Source: Flavobacteriales bacterium
GTDB taxonomy: Bacteria; Bacteroidota; Bacteroidia; CAIKAF01
Direction of reading: 5' to 3'
Length of the DNA stretch: 64,000 bases
Assembly: GCA_018401695.1 (NCBI GenBank)
Contig: JAGYKD010000001.1
Span: 348,016 to 412,015 of the forward strand
Part shown: piece by piece, positions 11,304 through 22,400 of the stretch
How positions within the stretch are numbered: the stretch's first letter is position 1
How the letters are laid out: each line of letters starts with the position of its first letter
The notes under the pieces: generated by a model
What the model saw: only the letters and a program-made list of their open reading frames with translations
Databases searched by the model: none
What the model was told of the DNA's origin: nothing
Made by a program: the position numbers and the translations under genes

Positions 11304-11594
11304 TCAGTCTTTGGGCGCTGCGGCAGGTGCTTCTTCCCTGTTCTTACGGCCCTTTTCTTTGCGGGTTGCAGAAGAAATATTTTGGTGGCCATGCCCATCA
11401 GCTTCATTGGCATTGGCTTGATGACAAGCGGGCTTTTCGGCCGCCTGCTGGCATGAGGCTCCTTCCGCTTTACCTTTAGAACAACAAGCTTTTTTAACCG
11501 CAGGGGTTTCGGTACGAGGAGCGCGTCCTTCTTGCTGTGCATACAAACCAAGGCTCATACCCAAAAAGCAAACGCAGGCAATAATGCTTTTCAT
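11304..11594 (-). CDS. small secreted Cys/His-rich protein
   Basis: Signal peptide MKSIIACVCFLGMSLGLYAQ. The mature part has a CC.....C, C..H, HGH pattern. Low complexity. Confidence 0.35.
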   Translation of the reverse strand: MKSIIACVCFLGMSLGLYAQQEGRAPRTETPAVKKACCSKGKAEGASCQQAAEKPACHQANANEADGHGHQNISSATRKEKGRKNREEAPAAAPKD

Positions 11595-11710
11595 AGAATC
11601 ATTTATTTAGTAATTCAAATATACACAATCAAAGAACATGCCGAAATAGAAAAACAATTTTGCCATATTTACGTACAACAAACAAACAGATATTATTTAA
11701 AAGAAAATAT

Positions 11711-12064
11711 ATGCGATTCTTTCTTTTTCTTTTTGTCTCCTGTCTTTTGATTTTGCCACCGAAATTGCAAGCCCAAGAAAAAACACCTAAGGTGGACACC
11801 TTGCACATTGAAACATCGGCTGTTTGCGGCATGTGTAAAGATCGGCTGGAAAGCGAGCTTGGCTATGTAAAAGGAGTAAAGTCGGTAGCATTGGATTTAG
11901 GCACCAAGCGATTAACTATAGTATATCGAGCCCGTAAGGTGAGCGAAGAGGCCTTGCGGCAAAAAGTAGCAGATACAGGTTACCGTGCGGACCACCTTCC
12001 GGCCAATCCGGAAGCGTTTATGGCACTTCCCGCCTGTTGTCAGGCCGAAGGCTGCTCTCACTAA
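11711..12064 (+). CDS. secreted heavy-metal-associated (HMA) domain protein
   Basis: Signal peptide then the HMA fold with metal-binding motif SAVCGMCKDRLE (GMxCxxC-like), plus a C-terminal Cys cluster PACCQAEGCSH. The ORF opens at 11660; the start was placed at MRFF. Confidence 0.6.
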   Translation: MRFFLFLFVSCLLILPPKLQAQEKTPKVDTLHIETSAVCGMCKDRLESELGYVKGVKSVALDLGTKRLTIVYRARKVSEEALRQKVADTGYRADHLPANPEAFMALPACCQAEGCSH

Positions 12065-12084
12065 GGTGTTATTTTCCATTTTTC

Positions 12085-12250
12085 AGACCGGAGCCACCTG
12101 TTGGAAGACGGCGCAGGGATGGCGTGAAAAGCCCGCAAGCAGGCAAAGCTTAGGGCTACGGCAATGAGGAGGCGACCCTAGGAGCCCCCGGAATGCCTGA
12201 AGCCCTGCTTTGGCGGCAGAGGACTTGCAACAACAGCCCGGTTGCGCCCC
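12085..12250 (-). repeat. GC-rich intergenic repeat, copy R3 (subfamily 2)
   Basis: Aligns with R8 through the ctgttggaag, agcaggc, ggagg(g/c)gacccc, caacaaca and gcgcccccaaaa blocks. Lies between convergent genes. Confidence 0.65.
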
Positions 12251-12260
12251 CAAAAACAAT

Positions 12261-13283
12261 TCATCCTTTTCTTTCTGTGGCCAAGGTTTGCTCCCAGCGC
12301 CAGGCATCGCGCATGGCATCTTCCATGCTGTGTTTGGGTTTCCAACCTAGCGTGCTCATTATTTTGGCGGGGTCTGCCCAAATTTTTTCTACGTCGCCGG
12401 AGCGCCTGGGGGCAAAACGGTAGGGAAGCTTAACTCCGGTGGCGCGCTCAAAGGCACTTATGGCCTCTAATACGCTCATTCCCTTACCTGTACCCACATT
12501 AAACACAGATAAAGGCTCGGAGCTTTGGCTAAGGTATTCGAGGGCAGCCACGTGGGCATCGGCTAGGTCGCAGACATGGATGTAGTCGCGGATGCAGGTG
12601 CCATCGGGTGTATCGTAGTCGTTGCCAAAGACTTTGAGCTCTTGGCGAAGGCCAATGGCTGTTTGGGTTATAAAAGGCACCAGGTTGTTGGGGACACCTT
12701 TGGCCAATTCGCCGATTCGTCCCCCGGGTTGTGCTCCAATCGGGTTAAAGTAGCGCAAGAGGCACACTTTTAAACCATTATTGGCACCCACTGCATCTTT
12801 AAGCATTTGCTCCCCCATGCGTTTGGTCCATCCATAGGGCGACTCTGCCTCTTGCAGGGGAGCGAGTTCGTTTACCGGAAGCTGCTTGGGTGTACCGTAT
12901 ACCGTGCAGGAAGAGGAGAATACCAGGTTTGGGATTTGGTATTCCTGCATGGCACGCTGTACTTCGAGCAGGCTCACCAAGTTGTTGTGGTAATATTGAA
13001 GGGGCTGTGCTACGGATTCGCCCACGGCTTTGAGGGCGGCAAAGTGAATGATTCCATCGACCTTCCCCCATTGCTTCACCACGGCATCCAAGGCTCCCCA
13101 AGTGCTTACGTCGGTTTCAAAAACGGGGAAACTCGATTGGGCAAGCTCCATGACCCGCTGAGGAATAAAACGCTCTGCATTGGAGAAATTATCGACACAG
13201 GCGACCTCATGTCCCTGTTCGATAAGGGCGAGCAAGGTATGGGAACCGATAAATCCGGCACCTCCGGTAACTAAAATCCGCAT
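12261..13283 (-). CDS. galE: UDP-glucose 4-epimerase
   Basis: Rossmann motif MRILVTGGAGFIGSH, the YxxxK catalytic region (SSSCTVYG...) and a GalE-like length. The ORF extends to 13346. Confidence 0.85.
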   Translation of the reverse strand: MRILVTGGAGFIGSHTLLALIEQGHEVACVDNFSNAERFIPQRVMELAQSSFPVFETDVSTWGALDAVVKQWGKVDGIIHFAALKAVGESVAQPLQYYHNNLVSLLEVQRAMQEYQIPNLVFSSSCTVYGTPKQLPVNELAPLQEAESPYGWTKRMGEQMLKDAVGANNGLKVCLLRYFNPIGAQPGGRIGELAKGVPNNLVPFITQTAIGLRQELKVFGNDYDTPDGTCIRDYIHVCDLADAHVAALEYLSQSSEPLSVFNVGTGKGMSVLEAISAFERATGVKLPYRFAPRRSGDVEKIWADPAKIMSTLGWKPKHSMEDAMRDAWRWEQTLATERKG

Positions 13284-13342
13284 GGGCTTTTGATGCAAAG
13301 ATAAGCAGCTTGACTTAGGGTGCATTAAGGGCCTGTATAGCT

Positions 13343-14536
13343 TCAAGCGTCTTCGTGTAAAAACAAGTTGGGGCCTTTTCGTCCCATATCCACAGAGGAA
13401 GCACGCAGCACACTACCTTCTCCAAACCTTTGATTTACCGAATCCATGGCCTGTATGAGTCGAATCTTGGACTGGGTATCTTCGAACAAGTGGAGCTGAG
13501 GTGCGCCATAAATGAGGTCAGCAAAACGAATGCCAATAAGGCGCACGCGGAGTCGGCGGTCGTAGAGTCTAGAAAATAGAGCGGTGGTATGTGGGATGAG
13601 TTGATGATCGAATGCGCTGTAAGGAATTTTTTGCTGCATGCTGCGGGTATCGAAGTCGGCATAACGAATGCGCAGTCCGATGGATGCGGTGAGTCTTCGA
13701 CGCTTTCTTAGTCGAAAAGCCAGCTTTTCGGTAAGGGCTATGACCATACGTTTGAGCCAAAGCGGGTCGGTTTGGTCATGTTCAAAAGTGAGCTCGGTGC
13801 TGAGGGATTTTTGTTCGCGGTAGGGCATTACCGGACTAAGGTCTTGCGCATTGGCTTTTTCCCAAAGGCTACGTCCGTGATTTCCGAGCACTTGCGCTAG
13901 TAGGTCGGGAGAAGTCTCCTGCAAGGTAGCTATGCGAACCACGCCCAGTTGACGGAGCAGCTGCACGGTTTTGGGGCCAGCCATGGGCAAGCGTTCTACA
14001 GGAAGCGGTGCCAAAAAAGGGCGTTCGGCTCCCTGAGGCACCTGATGCTGCCCGTTGGGCTTGGCTTCTCCGGTGGCCACCTTAGATACCGTTTTGCAAT
14101 TGGCCAAGCCAAAGGAGAGAGGCAAATGGGTTTCGCTGATGATGCGCTGACGCAGTTCGGAGGCCCATCGGTAGCATCCGAAATAGCGATCCATGCCGGA
14201 GAGATCGGCATAAAACTCGTCAATAGAAGCCTTTTCAAAAGAAGGCACTTGGTCGGCAATAATGCCGGTAACTTCCTGAGAACATCGGGTATACAAGTCC
14301 ATATCTCCATGGAGCACCAAGGCCTCCGGGCAAAGACGTTTTGCCAAAGCCATAGGCATGGCAGAGCGAACGCCAAAGCGCCGAGCTTCGTAACTGCAGG
14401 AGGCTACTACGGCACGGCCGGATGAGCCTCCAATGATAATGGGTCGGTTGTTCAATCGAGCATCGCGGCGACGTTCGGCCGACACAAAAAAGGCATCTAA
14501 ATCCAGATGCAGGACGATGCGCTTGCTTTCTGCCAT
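13343..14536 (-). CDS. dinB: DNA polymerase IV (Y-family translesion polymerase)
   Basis: IVLHLDLDAFFVSAERRRD..., the SIDEFY/ADL motif region, and the thumb and little-finger domains. Confidence 0.85.
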   Translation of the reverse strand: MAESKRIVLHLDLDAFFVSAERRRDARLNNRPIIIGGSSGRAVVASCSYEARRFGVRSAMPMALAKRLCPEALVLHGDMDLYTRCSQEVTGIIADQVPSFEKASIDEFYADLSGMDRYFGCYRWASELRQRIISETHLPLSFGLANCKTVSKVATGEAKPNGQHQVPQGAERPFLAPLPVERLPMAGPKTVQLLRQLGVVRIATLQETSPDLLAQVLGNHGRSLWEKANAQDLSPVMPYREQKSLSTELTFEHDQTDPLWLKRMVIALTEKLAFRLRKRRRLTASIGLRIRYADFDTRSMQQKIPYSAFDHQLIPHTTALFSRLYDRRLRVRLIGIRFADLIYGAPQLHLFEDTQSKIRLIQAMDSVNQRFGEGSVLRASSVDMGRKGPNLFLHEDA

Positions 14537-14603
14537 TTTTTTCGTCTAGTTTTCGTCATTAATTTACGCATTTTTGTATATTTGAAAACAAATCACCGGA
14601 GAT

Positions 14604-15440
14604 ATGTCAAAAAAAATGGAGCATGGCGAAGGAATTGCGCATTTTTCGACCAACCTAAAATTTTTGCGCAAGCGCAAGGGTCGTTCTCAGGAGGATGTAG
14701 CTGGCTTGTTGGGCATTCGTCGCACCACCTACAGTGCATATGAGCTGGGCAAGTCGGAACCGAATTTAGAGACGCTGCTGAAGCTATCGGCTTGGTACCG
14801 CCTAAGCATAGACCATCTGTTGGCTACGGACCTGAGCAGCACCGGGGAATCTGTATTGTCGGAATGGGAACGCAGCTACGACACAGATTTAAAGGGTCGA
14901 CATTTGCGCATATTGGCTACTACCATAGGAGAAGACAATGAAGACAATATTGAGGTGGTTCCATTAAAGGCGCGTGCAGGTTATACGGCAGGGCACGCCG
15001 ACCCTGATTTCATTCGGGTTTTACCCACGTTTCGTTTGCCCTTTTTGAGTCGGGAAAAAAAATACCGCACCTTTCAAATTCAGGGAGATTCGATGCCGCC
15101 GGTGCCGGAAGGCGCTTGGGTAACGGGGGCTTTTGTGCAGGACTGGCATCAAATCAAAGATGGGCAACCATATTTGGTAGTGACCAAAGAGGAGGGCGTT
15201 GTGTTTAAATTACTGTACAATCGCATAAACAGTAATCAAAGTTTTTTACTGTGCTCTACCAACCCCCAATACAAGGCCTATGAGGTTGCAGTAAAAGATA
15301 TGTTGGAGGTTTGGGAATTTGTACATTTTATTAGCGGAAGCTTGGAGAAAGAAATCCCCCAAGAGGAGCAGGTGGCTCAGGCAGTTAGGGAACTGCAGCG
15401 TGAGGTGGCAAATTTAAAATCAAGATTTTCAGGGGCATAA
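14604..15440 (+). CDS. XRE-family HTH regulator fused to an S24 (LexA/UmuD-type) peptidase domain
   Basis: N-terminal HTH (LKFLRKRKGRSQEDVAGLLGIRRTTYSAYELGKSEP). C-terminal S24 domain with the catalytic Ser in QIQGDSMPP and a downstream Lys. Divergent from dinB. Confidence 0.75.
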   Translation: MSKKMEHGEGIAHFSTNLKFLRKRKGRSQEDVAGLLGIRRTTYSAYELGKSEPNLETLLKLSAWYRLSIDHLLATDLSSTGESVLSEWERSYDTDLKGRHLRILATTIGEDNEDNIEVVPLKARAGYTAGHADPDFIRVLPTFRLPFLSREKKYRTFQIQGDSMPPVPEGAWVTGAFVQDWHQIKDGQPYLVVTKEEGVVFKLLYNRINSNQSFLLCSTNPQYKAYEVAVKDMLEVWEFVHFISGSLEKEIPQEEQVAQAVRELQREVANLKSRFSGA

Positions 15441-15643
15441 AGAAAAGGCCTCAACAAAAGTTGCACATTTAACATATAAGATTAGGAGGGTATTGGTTAA
15501 AAATTCCTAACTTTAACTTAATCTGAAACGAAGTTTTGGTTTTGTTTTCTCAGGGCAAAGAAATTGCTGTCCAATGGCAGCTATCCTTATTGAAGGGAAA
15601 ATCGGCTATATTTCAGACAAAACATACATATTTAACACATCTT

Positions 15644-18600
15644 ATGTTGCGTACACTTTACCCTAGACTAAAAGCATCGAATCGTTTACGCACCGGGGCA
15701 TTTCTCGGCATAATGGCGGTATCAGGTGCTGTTTCTGCGCAGTATTGCATTCCGACTACCGATTGCAGCATTGGCGACCAAATTTCGCTTATGCAATTGT
15801 CCAATATTACCAATCCATCGGGTTGCGGTGTAGGCGGATACCAGGATTTTACATCACAGACCATCAACTTAAATGCCAACCAAGCGTATACCATGAACCT
15901 AAGCTTTGGGTTTAGTGATCAAGCGGTTGGGGTGTATGCCGATTTTAACAACGATTTTGACTTTGACGATCCCGGCGAGTTTTTGGCTGGGTTTCCACCC
16001 AACGGCACGTCCAACTTAAGTGGGTCCATTACGGTTCCTTCCACCGTACCCTCCGGAACTTACCGTATGAGGGTTCGTTGTGAGTATTTTGGGGCATTTT
16101 CTGCGGGTGGGGCATGCCTAGGATCTACGTTTACTTATGGGGAAACGGAAGACTATACCATTAGCGTGTCCAACAACCCCTGTACCTCTCCACCAACAGC
16201 AGGCACTGCAAACGGTCCTTCCCTAGCCTGTGCCAATACCAATTTTACAGTCAATGTACAGGGAAATACCTCTGGAAATGGCCAAACCTACCAATGGCAA
16301 TCCTCTCCTAACGGTACCGCTTGGAACGATATCGTAGGCCAAACCTCCCTTAATTTGACCACCAGCTTGACTGCTGCTACCCATTACCGCTGTGTGGTTA
16401 CTTGTTCCGGGCAAAGCGATACCACCAACGGCCATTTTGTGGGTCTGACTCCCAGCAATATTTGTACTATCTGCCAAACCTCTACCGCAACCAGCTCAGC
16501 CTACGGGTATATCCAAAGCTTTAACTTTAATGGGGTTATTTTCAACAGCCAAATTGGATGCCAACAATACACCAACAATACAGGTACACCAATTAATATT
16601 ATTCGAGGCCAATCGGCGAACATAATTGTTAATGTGCAGGGTTGCTCCGGAGGCAATTTTGGTCATCAGACCAAAGTATTTGTTGACCTCAACGCCAATG
16701 GTCAATTTGACCTTCCAACCGAAGAGTTTTTATTGACCCCACCCAATCCAACCGGCTATGGGTTGTATACCGGCACCGTTAGTATTCCCACTACAGCGGT
16801 TGTAGGCCCTACCATGATGCGCGTGGTAACTGTTGAGACCACTAGCCCAGCTGCCGTTACTCCATGTGGTTCTTATACCTGGGGGGAAACCGAAGACTAT
16901 ATCCTTAATATTTTGCCTTTACCCGCCAACGATGCCGGTGTGGAAACCTTTATATCGCCTTCACAAGGAGCTTGCCAAATTAGCCCCGCCGTTATTGTCC
17001 GCGTTCAAAACTTGGGCACCACCACCCTGAACTCCGTGGATGTTTCCTTATCTATAAATGGGGGCCCGGCAGCAGTGACCAACTGGACAGGAGCCATAGG
17101 AGCAGGAGGAATAGGAAACGTAAACTTGGGGCAACATACCATAAACGACGGGGATGTGTTGAAAGTATGGACTTCCAACCCCAATGGAGTGCAAGACTCG
17201 GTTTCCTTTAACGATACATTGCAAACTACCATATATGCTGCCATGCAAGGTGCCTATACGGTGGGTGGAACCACCCCGGATTTTGCTACCGTAAGCGATG
17301 CCGCACAGGCCGTAATTTCAAGAGGAGCCTGTGCCGATGTATTCCTAAACATTCGCTCGGGAACCTATACAGAATCCATTGCATTGCTGCCCTACACCGG
17401 TGCCTCAAACTCAGCCAGGGTTCATTTTCAATCTGAAGCAGGACATCCGGATTCGGTGCGCATTGAATCTCCGGGAAGCAGCCTAAGCAATTATACCTTC
17501 TGGTTCAATGGTGGCGATTATTATGTGTTAGATCAAATTACTTTGGCACATACGGTTCCCAACTTTTCTATTCTTGCAGAATTCTCCGGAGAGGCAAGCT
17601 ATAATATCATCCGCAACTCCAAACTGTTGGGTGACTCTGCCGCCTTTTCCGATGACTTCAACCGCATAGCCATTCGCAGCACCACCGACAAAGACCAGTC
17701 CAATCAACTTTTAAACAACGAAATCATCGGAGGTAGCCGGGCCATAAGTGTAGGTGGACCTAGCGACACAGACCCTGAAATGGGTTGGACCATTAGAGGA
17801 AACCACCTGCGCGGCTTCTATTTCTTAGGTATTGGTTCTTTTTACCAAATCAATCCCATAATAGAAGGAAACACCATCGAGGCCACCAGCAGCAATACCA
17901 ACACCTTTCGCATGTATGTAAATACTGCCTATAACGGTGGAAGCGTTCGCTACAATAATATTTACGGAAACTCGGCCGGCTTTGGTATAAACATCGACAA
18001 TGTTAAAGGAACCCAAAACAGTCCTTTTGTTGTTGCCAGTAACTTTGTATTTATGGGCGACTCCTCTACAGCTACCAATAATTTTGGTTTGTACGTACAA
18101 AACGGAAGCAATTTGGTGCATGTGTTGCACAACAGCCTAAGCGTGCATGGAGCAACCGCCAATACCGCTGCCATTAACGTGCAAAATGGGCCAAACGTAG
18201 ACATCGTACTGCATAACAACAATGTAGCACACTATGGAGGGGGGCGTGCCTTAAGTATAGAGTCAGGATTTAGCGTGCTGCAATCAGATGCCAACAATTT
18301 CTATGCAGCCAACAACGATGCGGTGCGTTTTGCAGGAACAGGCTATGCCAATGCGGCCGCGCTCAACAGTGCAACAGGATTAGACGCCAATTCCATGACC
18401 GTTGACCCGATGTTCCTGACCGAAGACATGCATACGTGTATGGCTGATTTTGATAACAAAGGGATGGCCATGGGCGAAACTATGGATATTGATGGCGATA
18501 CACGCAACGCAAACACTCCGGATATTGGAGCCGATGAGTTTATTCGCGAAGAAACTTTTAGCCTTGGCCCGGACACAACCATTTGCCCAGGCAATACGGT

Positions 18601-19273
18601 AGTTTTAGGAAACGAAAATATTGTGGACGGTACTTGGTTATGGAACCCAACCTTTGATACCACCGCACATATTTCTGTAAGTGCTGCAGGGGAATACAAT
18701 GTAGTTGCCGTAACCTCTTGCGGAACAGCACAAGATACCCTTGAGATTTTCCATATACCGGCTCCAACTGCCAGCTTTGATACCACCGCTAGTTTCCTTA
18801 CTTATGTATTTACCAATACTAGTGGAAACACCGGCTTGAATGGCATTAGTTATCATTGGGATTTTGGAGACGGAGACACCTCTGTATTGGAAAATCCGGT
18901 GCATATTTACAATCAGGCCGGTAGCTACACGGTAACCCTTACAGTAACCAATGCCTGTGGTACAAGCACTACCGCAACCATGACCCTCGATGTTATGCTT
19001 ACCGGATTGGATGGACTTGACCAAAACAGTTGGAATGTCTATCCTAACCCCACGGAAGGACAAACACGCGTGGACGGCTACTCAGAATTACCCGCAAACC
19101 TTCAATTGAAGCTTACCGATTTATCCGGAAGAGTAGTTTGGGAAGCCAATGTTGGCCAGGTTAAGGGAGCCTTTAGCTACGCACTTAATGTTTCTGACCT
19201 GGCTGTAGGTAGCTATATTTTGCACATGCATTTAGGTGAGAAATTGGGCGCCAAAAAACTAATCAAACAATAA
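15644..19273 (+). CDS. T9SS cargo protein: GEVED domains, Ig-like module, right-handed beta-helix repeats, PKD domain and T9SS C-terminal sorting domain
   Basis: Signal peptide. Two GETEDY (GEVED) motifs, a YQWQSSPNGTAWNDI...YRCVVTCSGQSDTT module, Asn/Gly-rich beta-helix repeats, DIDGDTRNANTPDIGADEF, a PKD domain (YHWDFGDGDTS...YTVTLTVTNACG) and a CTD ending LKLTDLSGRVVWE...GSYILHMHLGEKLGAKKLIKQ. The ORF opens at 15536. Confidence 0.8.
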   Translation: MLRTLYPRLKASNRLRTGAFLGIMAVSGAVSAQYCIPTTDCSIGDQISLMQLSNITNPSGCGVGGYQDFTSQTINLNANQAYTMNLSFGFSDQAVGVYADFNNDFDFDDPGEFLAGFPPNGTSNLSGSITVPSTVPSGTYRMRVRCEYFGAFSAGGACLGSTFTYGETEDYTISVSNNPCTSPPTAGTANGPSLACANTNFTVNVQGNTSGNGQTYQWQSSPNGTAWNDIVGQTSLNLTTSLTAATHYRCVVTCSGQSDTTNGHFVGLTPSNICTICQTSTATSSAYGYIQSFNFNGVIFNSQIGCQQYTNNTGTPINIIRGQSANIIVNVQGCSGGNFGHQTKVFVDLNANGQFDLPTEEFLLTPPNPTGYGLYTGTVSIPTTAVVGPTMMRVVTVETTSPAAVTPCGSYTWGETEDYILNILPLPANDAGVETFISPSQGACQISPAVIVRVQNLGTTTLNSVDVSLSINGGPAAVTNWTGAIGAGGIGNVNLGQHTINDGDVLKVWTSNPNGVQDSVSFNDTLQTTIYAAMQGAYTVGGTTPDFATVSDAAQAVISRGACADVFLNIRSGTYTESIALLPYTGASNSARVHFQSEAGHPDSVRIESPGSSLSNYTFWFNGGDYYVLDQITLAHTVPNFSILAEFSGEASYNIIRNSKLLGDSAAFSDDFNRIAIRSTTDKDQSNQLLNNEIIGGSRAISVGGPSDTDPEMGWTIRGNHLRGFYFLGIGSFYQINPIIEGNTIEATSSNTNTFRMYVNTAYNGGSVRYNNIYGNSAGFGINIDNVKGTQNSPFVVASNFVFMGDSSTATNNFGLYVQNGSNLVHVLHNSLSVHGATANTAAINVQNGPNVDIVLHNNNVAHYGGGRALSIESGFSVLQSDANNFYAANNDAVRFAGTGYANAAALNSATGLDANSMTVDPMFLTEDMHTCMADFDNKGMAMGETMDIDGDTRNANTPDIGADEFIREETFSLGPDTTICPGNTVVLGNENIVDGTWLWNPTFDTTAHISVSAAGEYNVVAVTSCGTAQDTLEIFHIPAPTASFDTTASFLTYVFTNTSGNTGLNGISYHWDFGDGDTSVLENPVHIYNQAGSYTVTLTVTNACGTSTTATMTLDVMLTGLDGLDQNSWNVYPNPTEGQTRVDGYSELPANLQLKLTDLSGRVVWEANVGQVKGAFSYALNVSDLAVGSYILHMHLGEKLGAKKLIKQ

Positions 19274-19295
19274 CAATTACAAACCGTAGAGGAGA

Positions 19296-19321
19296 AGGGG
19301 GCCAGTGGCCCCCTTTTTTTA
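19296..19321 (+). terminator. rho-independent terminator
   Basis: GGGGGCCAGTGGCCCCC stem followed by a 7-T run, 23 nt after the stop. Confidence 0.7.
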
Positions 19322-19353
19322 TCCCATAAAAGCATATTGAAAATCCTTAAAGG

Positions 19354-19368
19354 CTACAAATTTTGTAG
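19354..19368. promoter_or_regulatory. perfect palindrome CTACAAATTTTGTAG upstream of the second T9SS gene
   Basis: Shares the CAAA(A)TTTTG core with the two 23.3-kb palindromes. Lies about 125 nt upstream of the 19494 start. Confidence 0.3.
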
Positions 19369-19493
19369 ACAATTCCATTTTTGATAATTTTAGTAGCTAT
19401 TTGATAGCCTTAGCTTAACACTAAAAAAGCTGAGCAATACACCTAAACACTAGTTATACTATGGTATTCAAACGTTACCCATGCAACCTCACT

Positions 19494-22400
19494 ATGAAAG
19501 CAGTGTTGTTTGGCGCTTGTTTAATGGCAGGCCTGGAATCCAATGCCCAAACAACCATTCAAATTGGCAGCGGTGCTGTAAATATTGTGGGCACCGGACC
19601 TTCTCCTTTTGGAAGTGTGTACGAGGACGGGCGCAACCAATTTTTGATTCTAGGTTCAGAACTCAACACGGCAGGTATTACGCAAGGACAGTTGACGGAC
19701 TTAGCATTTGATGTGATTTCACCGCCCTCACCAACCTATACCAACTTTACGGTAACTATTGGTACTACTACCCTAGGAAACATTTCGCCCTTCATACCAC
19801 TTACCGGCGCACAAATATGCTATACAGGTGTATACAACCCAACTACGGGATGGAGCACCATCACCTTCCAAAACCCTTATCTATGGACAGGCAACGACAA
19901 CTTAGTCGTTGAGGTATGTTTTGACAATGGGTCCTGGAGCTCCACCGGATCTGTGGTAGGAACCACCACAGGCTTTACTTCCAATGCATATGAATTTGAT
20001 GACGGAGTAAACGGCTGCACCATGACAGGGGCTTTTGGGTCTTCAGGATTGGATCGCCCAAACATGCAAATGACTTGGAATACGAACATTTGTACAGCAC
20101 CTCCCACGGCCGGAACAGCTACAGGTCCTGCAAACGTTTGTTCCGGAGCCAATTTTAGTGTCGGCATTAACGGCGGTACTTCAGGAATTGGGCAAAGCTA
20201 TCAGTGGCAAGAATCTGCCAATAATTCCACCTGGAACGACATCACCGGGGCTATAAATGCCTCCTATAGCGGCTCGCAAACCCAAGCAAGTTATTACCGT
20301 TGTGTAGTAACCTGCACCGGACAAAACGATACCACCACTTCTCATTTTGTAGACCTTACCCCTTCGAATATTTGCAACCTTTGCGCCTCAGGTGCAAGCT
20401 TTGGTGGAGACACCTATTTGAACGGCTTAAGTTTAGGAAGCATCAATTTTGCAGATGCCACTTGCGCCAACTACACCAACAATACCAACCTCTCCACGGT
20501 GGTATTCCAAGGCGGCAACTACAGCGGTACCATAAACCATGGCGATTGCGATGGTGGATCAAGCTATGCAAGAGGGGTTTTGGCTTTTGCCGACTGGAAC
20601 CGCGATGGAGACTTTTCTGACCCAGGCGAACAATTGCTATCCGTAGATTTGCCGGGAACCTCACTGGCCGGTGAGCCATTAAACTTCACCGTTCCTCAAA
20701 ATGCTGTTCCCGGAACGACCGTATTGCGGATTATTGCCAGCGAAGATGGTACCAGTGGCACAAGTGCTTGCGGCAACTTTGGTTTTGGCGAAACCGAAGA
20801 CTACACCTTAATTATAGCTTCGCCTCCAGCCAATGATGCAGGGGTTACCGCCTTGGCCCAGCCAAGCATCCCTGCTTGTGCATTAAACGACACCATAATA
20901 ATTGACATTGAAAACCTTGGCACATTACCCCTTACTTCTGCCGATGTAAGTCTGCAAATTAATGGAGGCACACCCATAACTTCTACCTTTAGCGGAACCA
21001 TCGCCTCCGGGGCAACAGGTACACACCAAGCAGCCATTACTCCCCTCAACGACGGCGACGTAATTAAGGTTTGGACTTCCAATCCCAACGGGGTGGCCGA
21101 TTCTTTGGCCATGAACGATACCTTAGAATTAACCGTATACACTTCTTTGTCAGGCGTGTATACTATAAGTGGAACAAACCCCGATTACCCGGATTTGGAT
21201 TCCGCACTTACCGACCTTGCCTTGCGCGGCGTATGCGGCAACGTTACCTTTAACGTGCGCGCCGGAAGCTACAACAGCAACCACGTGTTGAACGACTTCC
21301 AAAAAAATGCGCCTACCGATCGGGTAATTATTCAGTCTGAGGATTTGGAAGCAGATTCAGTAGAATTCTTCTATGCCCCTTTGAGCGCCGCCGACAACTA
21401 CGTTTTCAAAATTCAAGGCGACAACTATACCGTACATGCCCTTAGCCTACGCACCGAAGGCACCAGCTTCAGCGTAGTTGTAGACGGAGTAGATGCCAAT
21501 GACCTTGAATTTACACACAACCAAGTAATTGCAGATACTACGGCTACCAATTTCAACTTTGCCCGTACCGCCCTTCGATTTAATGGTACCCGAGTAGGTG
21601 ATAACGTGCATATTGCACACAACCACATCGATGGAGGGTCTATTGGTATCGCTACCTTCCCCTCCTCCGCGCAAAACGTAACCACCGGAACCATCATTGA
21701 GCACAACACCATAGAACGCTACGGCAACTTTGGTATTGCGGCTATTTATGAAAACGGAGCTACTATTCGAAACAACATGCTCAGCACCCAAAGTACCATA
21801 CTTACCGTTGGCATTACCATGGAAATATCCGAAGGCAATGGCCTTATGGAAAACAACCATGTACACTTTGTAAACGATGGATACGGCTTGCAAATGACCG
21901 ATGTAGATGCAGGTATTGGCAACAATATGCGTATCATCAACAACTTTGTAACCGGTGGTGATGGAAACAGCAGCCCCGAAGCTCGAGGCATTAATATTTC
22001 CGGAACTTCCAATAACCTAGATGTTGTAAACAACTCCGTGCACATTATCAATGGAGTTGCTGCCAGCCGAGGTATTTATGCCGCAGATGACAATATTTTC
22101 CAATACCATATTGTAAACAACAACATTGCCATGGATGGCCCAGGCATTCCTTTGTATGTTGCCGATGGTGGCGGAGCCTTGCTCATCGATTACAACAACT
22201 TGTATCAAAGCGACTCTACCGAAGTGGCCGAATTTGGCAGCACTACCTACAGCAGCCTAGCCGATTTGCAAAATGCAGGACTTGGCCTGAACTCCGCGTT
22301 TGTTGATCCCGGATTTAATCTGAACGACTTGCACACCTGCGAGCCGGGACTAAATATGGCCGGACTTTCCTTGCCTTTTATTACCGCAGATTTTGACGGC

